This document shows positions 19,324 to 24,000 of a stretch of 24,000 nucleotides of DNA, piece by piece. The position numbers and the translations under genes were made by a program. The notes beneath the pieces are model-generated. The model did no database searches, had not been told where the DNA came from, and saw only the letters and a list, made by a program, of their open reading frames with translations. The stretch comes from Aestuariivirgaceae bacterium (GTDB lineage: Bacteria > Pseudomonadota > Alphaproteobacteria > Rhizobiales > Aestuariivirgaceae): positions 557,373 through 581,372 of the forward strand of contig OZ244154.1 of NCBI GenBank assembly GCA_965216335.1. Direction: 5' to 3'. Every line of letters begins with the position of its first letter. The first letter of the stretch is position 1.

Positions 19324-20387
19324 ACACCCCCGGCACTTGCCCATTCGCTTACTTCCTTTAGTCCATCTTCAAATGACATTTGCGCAGACCAGTTGAGCAA
19401 CTCCCTGGCCCTTTCGACGTCTGCAACGGCATACCGTACATCGCCAGAGCGGAAGTCACCACTGATGCGCAACCGATCCTCGTCACAGTCGAAGTTGTTC
19501 AACAACACAAGTGCCATTTCCAGAATGGAGGCGGCCTTTCCGGAGCCGATGTTGACAGGCGTAGTGCCGATCTGCAGATCCTGATTGGCCAGGATTGCCA
19601 AGGCATTGACGACATCGCTGACATGCACGAAATCGCGCATGATGTTTCCGTCTTCGTAGATATTCAGAGTCTTGCCGGCCATGATCTGCTCACAGAAGAT
19701 CGAGATGACGCCGGTATAGGGGTTTCGCAAGGATTGGCCAGCCCCGTAGACATTCTGAAATCTCAGGCTATTGACCTCAACATCAGTTCCGTCGAAACAT
19801 TGCTGCAGAAGATCTTCCTGCATGAGTTTGGTTGAGGCATAAACTGAAGCCGGGCGCGGCGCCAGATCTTCAGGTGTTGCGACCGGAGTCAATGTCCTGC
19901 CATCTCGGGATTTTACCGCAAAATCACCTGCCGACATGTCTTCCGAGCGGCGTGGCTCCCCGCACACCACCTTGCCATCGTCCAAATATCCGCCTTCACC
20001 ATAGACCGCCCTTGACCCGGCAAGGACTATGCGGCGTACCGCCTTGCCTGATTTGCGGACAGCCTCCACCAGATTGGTCGTTCCTATCACATTCACCTGG
20101 CAGTAGCGGGTCGGTTCATCCCAGGACTGTCCCGTGCCGGTTTCCGCGGCGAGGTGATAGATGATGGTCGGTTTGAAGTACCGGACAACGTTTTCCAACT
20201 CGGTGAAATTCGCAACATCGCCACGAACGTTGTTCAGTTCGCTGGCACAAGGCGTGAGCCCGTGCACTTGCGGATGGAGATTGTCAAAGGACAAGACCTC
20301 AGCTTGGTCCGAAAGCTTTCTGGCCAGGCGCGAACCAATGAAACCGGCACCACCGGTGATGAGAACTCTGTCGTGGTCAGCAGTCAC
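19320..20387 (-). CDS. NAD-dependent epimerase/dehydratase (extended SDR, nucleotide-sugar type)
   Basis: DRVLITGGAGFIGSRLARKL, IIYHLAAETGTGQS, VLAGSRAVYGEGG, YASTKLMQEDL (YxxxK), RFQNVYGAGQSLRNPYTGVISIF, MRDFVHVSDVVNAL, INIGSG-like VNIGSG. Confidence 0.93.
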   Translation of the reverse strand: MTADHDRVLITGGAGFIGSRLARKLSDQAEVLSFDNLHPQVHGLTPCASELNNVRGDVANFTELENVVRYFKPTIIYHLAAETGTGQSWDEPTRYCQVNVIGTTNLVEAVRKSGKAVRRIVLAGSRAVYGEGGYLDDGKVVCGEPRRSEDMSAGDFAVKSRDGRTLTPVATPEDLAPRPASVYASTKLMQEDLLQQCFDGTDVEVNSLRFQNVYGAGQSLRNPYTGVISIFCEQIMAGKTLNIYEDGNIMRDFVHVSDVVNALAILANQDLQIGTTPVNIGSGKAASILEMALVLLNNFDCDEDRLRISGDFRSGDVRYAVADVERARELLNWSAQMSFEDGLKEVSEWASAGGV

Positions 20388-20452
20388 AGCGTGGGCTCCG
20401 TCGAAATAGTATGCTGGCGGGTGAAGTTAATTCTGTCGTACACGAGTACACG

Positions 20453-22408
20453 TTAGGTACGGAGCAGCCGTTTGAACTGCAGACGCAGAAATCTTGGCGC
20501 TTCGATAAATGCCGCGCGCCCAACCCGCAAGAACGGTTTGATTGCATTCCACAACGAGGGATGATTCCGCTTGATCTTTGTCCTTGCAGTGCGCCAACGA
20601 TGCCATAGCGACTGCGTGAACGGCACGACCGGTTTGAACGCGGAATCAGCAATCTTGACCTGTTGACGAATGTCCGCTGACGGAAAAGCCGCCGACAGCC
20701 GTTGAAGCTTGAACTGCAATTTGACGTAGTTCCGCTCAGCCTGCCGGCGGTTGGCAACATGCAACACCCGAAACCCTTCTGACTGTGCCACATACCCAAT
20801 CAGCCGCTCCATGATATGTGCCAACCCGCCGTCGACATGGTTCGGTTCAGGATTGAACTCATCCCAGCGCCATCGTTCGGCAAACATCGGAAGCAGGGCC
20901 TTCGGGCGAAACCAGAACATCGTACCGTAGGGGGCAACGGGCGTGTGATCGTCGAGTTTAACTTTCAGACCAAGCCTTTCAGCTGTCTTTGAGACACCGA
21001 TGCGGTTTGTGAACCAACTATGCCCCAGTGTTCCGAACCCTATGTGAATCGTAGGCGGCAGGACGAGGCCAATCTTCGGATTCTGTTCGAACAGTCTCAC
21101 AATGCGTTGCACGAATGCCCGGTTCTTTATGAGATTCTCGAGCAGGTGTTCACGGAACGAGTTTGAAATGTGCGGCGCGACTTGCGGGGACTTCTTTGAA
21201 TGCAGCCTCAAGGCGACATCAATATCCTCACCCAGGAACTCTTCGCGAAACGTTATAAACAGAGACGACATGTCCCTGCCTTGGTTTTTCTCAACGACCT
21301 TGATCTTGTAGTTCGCGACCTTCTTGGCCTTAATGGCGTTTTCGACATACTTCGCGCCGTCCTCGGAAGCGACGGATACAAGAAGTGTTGAGTTAGCAGG
21401 CATCAGCCTAAAGTGCTTGAGCACTTCGTGAATGAATTCGCTGTAATAGACGTGGCAGACCATGGCCGCACGAGAAGTCAGCTTTTCCGATTTGCGCTTG
21501 ATTTCATCATGATCGATAATCGTCAGCTCTTCGAATTTCGCTTCGATATCCCTGAGCGAATTGCTGCGCAGAATAACGTCCCAAACCATGTCGACGTCGT
21601 AATCGGTGTACTCAGCAATTGCATCCAGTGTCCGGCGCCCATCCAGGGTTTCCATCTCGAACACCAGCGGGTCGAGCAGGAGAAAAGACCGGTGCAGGAA
21701 GGGATGACCTTGTTCTATCAATGCGCCCGATTCGAGAAGATGCGGCTGTTGCGAAATCGTTTCGAACCGCGATGAAAAGCAACCGAAAGACCATCGGTCG
21801 GACGGCTCACCAAGCGCCTTTGCCAAGGCAGCCTCTGCTTTTGGTAAACCTGCACCAATTGCGCTGTTCTTGTGCTGAGCCAAGATGCTTTGCACCAACC
21901 CGGTTGCCCACAATTCCGGCGAAATCTGCAGCCAACTGCTTTCGCAGACCAGTTCCAGTCCGTTCCCGCCGCCACCGCTTCTTGCCAGCATTGGGTGGGA
22001 GCTGAATGCGGACATCATATCATGGCCAGATTCATTTCTCGCCTGGATCAAGCTGGTCAGCGATTGCATCGGGCCGATCAGGGACACATCGCACAGCAAG
22101 ACATCACCAGTGACGTCTTTGCCGACATGTTCGGCGGATTGTGCGTAGAAATTGAGCCGGCCTGTTGTTCCCGATGCGCCGATGATTTCGTCTGCGAACT
22201 CCGCATAGCCGGGTTCACGACCGTAGGCGTCAATCTGAGCTTGAGGCACGACAAGAAGGGTTCTTGTGCATACTTCCCCCAGAGCCTTTAGCAGATACTG
22301 GTCTTCAGGCGCGCGGATATGTTGCTCGTCAGCAGATGTGACACACAGCACGGCAACATCAATCTGTGGCTCGGATAGTCCTGCCTTGATATTTGCGGAC
22401 TCGTTCAT
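20453..22408 (-). CDS. Rhamnan synthesis F (RgpF) family protein
   Basis: AAMVCHVYYSEFIHEVLKHFRLMPANSTLLVSV, VVEKNQGRDMSSLFITF, DVALRLHSKKSPQVAPHISNSFREHLLENL, IGLVLPPTIH, PVAPYGTMFWFRPKALLPMF are all RgpF-like. The first ~300 aa are assigned less securely. Confidence 0.8.
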   Translation of the reverse strand: MNESANIKAGLSEPQIDVAVLCVTSADEQHIRAPEDQYLLKALGEVCTRTLLVVPQAQIDAYGREPGYAEFADEIIGASGTTGRLNFYAQSAEHVGKDVTGDVLLCDVSLIGPMQSLTSLIQARNESGHDMMSAFSSHPMLARSGGGGNGLELVCESSWLQISPELWATGLVQSILAQHKNSAIGAGLPKAEAALAKALGEPSDRWSFGCFSSRFETISQQPHLLESGALIEQGHPFLHRSFLLLDPLVFEMETLDGRRTLDAIAEYTDYDVDMVWDVILRSNSLRDIEAKFEELTIIDHDEIKRKSEKLTSRAAMVCHVYYSEFIHEVLKHFRLMPANSTLLVSVASEDGAKYVENAIKAKKVANYKIKVVEKNQGRDMSSLFITFREEFLGEDIDVALRLHSKKSPQVAPHISNSFREHLLENLIKNRAFVQRIVRLFEQNPKIGLVLPPTIHIGFGTLGHSWFTNRIGVSKTAERLGLKVKLDDHTPVAPYGTMFWFRPKALLPMFAERWRWDEFNPEPNHVDGGLAHIMERLIGYVAQSEGFRVLHVANRRQAERNYVKLQFKLQRLSAAFPSADIRQQVKIADSAFKPVVPFTQSLWHRWRTARTKIKRNHPSLWNAIKPFLRVGRAAFIEAPRFLRLQFKRLLRT

Positions 22409-23424
22409 TGCAGCTCGGTCAGTTCGATTTTCTTTTCGTAGTAGTCAAGCAATGCCGCAACAATCGGCTGGGCAGCCAATGCATGGTCATCATAGTACGG
22501 CAGAATTGCGGCCTCGTTGAGAAACGGCTCTGCTGCATCTTCCTCAGGATAGATCAGACCTGACAATCGCTCGCGGATTTGCCCTTCCAACGTCTGCATC
22601 ACAAAGGTGTCGCGCGGAACGGTGATTTGCTTTCGCGCATGTTTGGCGTAGGTCTGGATGACGCTGACAATCTGCTGGCGTTCGTTCGCGTTCGTTCCTC
22701 TTATGAACTTGTGCCGCAACTCCGGACCAACATGTGGAGCACCATTCGCTTTTCGTGCTGTAAGCAAGCGAAGGAACTCTGTCAGTTCAATAGGGTAACT
22801 TTGGTTCGACCTCGCTTTTTCCTGCGCCTTCAAGTTCTGCAGACCCAGCACCGACTGCGCAAAAACCTCAAAAATGTCCCCGTTCTTTCTTCGAATTGCT
22901 TCCACCAGCAAAATGTGAAGCTGACTGTCATCCATCTGCAGCAAGGGATCCAGATCAACCATGGAGTTGACAATCCTTGACTTCAAAGGGTCATTGAAGT
23001 TGTTCGCAAAGCGTTGCGGCAGACTGGCCGGGCAACCTTGCTTCACTTCCTCCGCCCAGTATGAGTAGAACAGACTGACGGGGTCACGGACGGCATAAAC
23101 CAGGTGAATCTCTGTCTGACCCAGCAGTTCCGACAGCTTGCGGAACTGCTCCGGTTTCCATCGACAGAAGCCTTCTGCAGAAAACACAATGCTTGCATCG
23201 CCAGCTTCGTCCCGCACGCCTTCAGTCAATTCCGCAAAGTGCTTGCCATCCGAATTGAGGTATTCAGAATAGTTGTGAGCGAGGTCATGGTGCGCACGTT
23301 GGTCGAGCATGCCGACCGACGGGTAGCACCAGCCCAACGTCTTCAACTCGTCCCGCTTTGCAAACAGATTATGTTGGATGTACGTGGTTGCCGTCTTGTG
23401 TGGACCTATGTGCAGAACCAGCAA
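22405..23424 (-). CDS. Sulfotransferase-family-like protein (PAPS-binding P-loop)
   Basis: LVLHIGPHKTATTYIQHNLFAKRDEL (5'-PSB-type loop) and IHLVYAVRDPVSLFYSYWAEEV (3'-PSB-like). TTG start at 23424 with GAGGG seven nt upstream. ATGA overlap with the RgpF-like gene. Confidence 0.72.
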   Translation of the reverse strand: MLVLHIGPHKTATTYIQHNLFAKRDELKTLGWCYPSVGMLDQRAHHDLAHNYSEYLNSDGKHFAELTEGVRDEAGDASIVFSAEGFCRWKPEQFRKLSELLGQTEIHLVYAVRDPVSLFYSYWAEEVKQGCPASLPQRFANNFNDPLKSRIVNSMVDLDPLLQMDDSQLHILLVEAIRRKNGDIFEVFAQSVLGLQNLKAQEKARSNQSYPIELTEFLRLLTARKANGAPHVGPELRHKFIRGTNANERQQIVSVIQTYAKHARKQITVPRDTFVMQTLEGQIRERLSGLIYPEEDAAEPFLNEAAILPYYDDHALAAQPIVAALLDYYEKKIELTELQ

Positions 23425-23952
23425 AGCTCAACCCTCACTCTTAGTCATTTCAGTCAACCTGACATTCCAGATGCGAACAACCCGCCGCACCATATTCTCA
23501 CCAAGCGGCGTCATACCTCGCGGTGACATGGCATCCTCGAACCCCGGCGAGCCCTGTTCTGTCACGGCATTCAATCGCTTAACGGCAGGATCCAAAGACC
23601 GGCAATCATGCCATCCATCTTCGTATTCGCACGGCATATCCGCCCACCCAGACCCCCGCATACAGGGTCGGAAATGGCAAAAACAGCAAAATCGGTTCAC
23701 CGGCTCTAAGCGGGAAATTCCACGCGGCAGGCCCCCAAGATTTCACTGGGGTTCAATACGAAAAACGCCGAATGCGTGTCAATCCCCATAGCCGGATGCT
23801 GAACATGTTCAATGGACAAAAAGTACTGTTGAAACGCTGGAAAATCTCCGCAGGTTCACCGCTGCGATCGTGGGGCGCCTTGAAAACTGTGACACGCATT
23901 ACACATCCGCCGGTATCCTGTATGATTGCCCACCAATAATCGGAGCACCAGA

Positions 23953-24000
23953 ATGAACGTAGTTTTCATTTCGATTGACGACCTCAACGACTGGGCCAAC
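23953..24000 (+). CDS. Sulfatase, N-terminal fragment (truncated by window edge)
   Basis: ATG at 23953 reads MNVVFISIDDLNDWAN to the window end, the canonical sulfatase N-terminus (NVxFIxxDDLNDW, with the metal-binding Asp pair). It is not in the supplied ORF track because it runs off the edge. Confidence 0.7.
   Translation, partial: MNVVFISIDDLNDWAN

Noticed and set aside
23428-23700. 90-aa minus-strand ORF with GTG start and Cys-rich N-terminus
   Set aside because: Frame is closed just upstream (stop near 23743), there is no good start context and no recognised domain. Treated as intergenic.
23378-23791. 137-aa plus-strand ORF
   Set aside because: Overlaps the sulfotransferase-like gene antisense and has a low-complexity translation without family features.

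Overview
This 24 kb window looks like ordinary, gene-dense, high-GC alphaproteobacterial-type chromosome. The taxonomic impression comes from gene content (ATP12 chaperone, pccB, sthA, DMGDH-like protein) and is an inference. The first ~16.3 kb is mostly housekeeping or metabolic: a TPR protein fragment, an orphan receiver-domain protein, a secreted C39-like cysteine-peptidase candidate, an SDR, a tightly overlapping chain (crcB, RluA-type pseudouridine synthase, HAD phosphatase, ATP12) followed by pccB, two unknown small secreted/membrane proteins, a glutathionyl-hydroquinone-reductase-like GST, a RidA-like protein, convergent sthA and rimO, and a coupled small-molecule kinase plus DMGDH/sarcosine-dehydrogenase-like flavoprotein. 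Next comes a TadG-like vWA protein preceded by an inverted repeat containing CtrA-like half-sites. The last ~6 kb looks more accessory. It is a four-gene minus-strand cluster (sulfotransferase-like, RgpF-type rhamnan synthesis, NAD-dependent epimerase/dehydratase, secreted 494-aa unknown) facing a divergent sulfatase whose N-terminus is cut by the window edge. I found no rRNA, tRNA, CRISPR array, transposase or obvious defence system. The best candidate for something under-described is the putative sulfated-glycan cluster, but the evidence is moderate.
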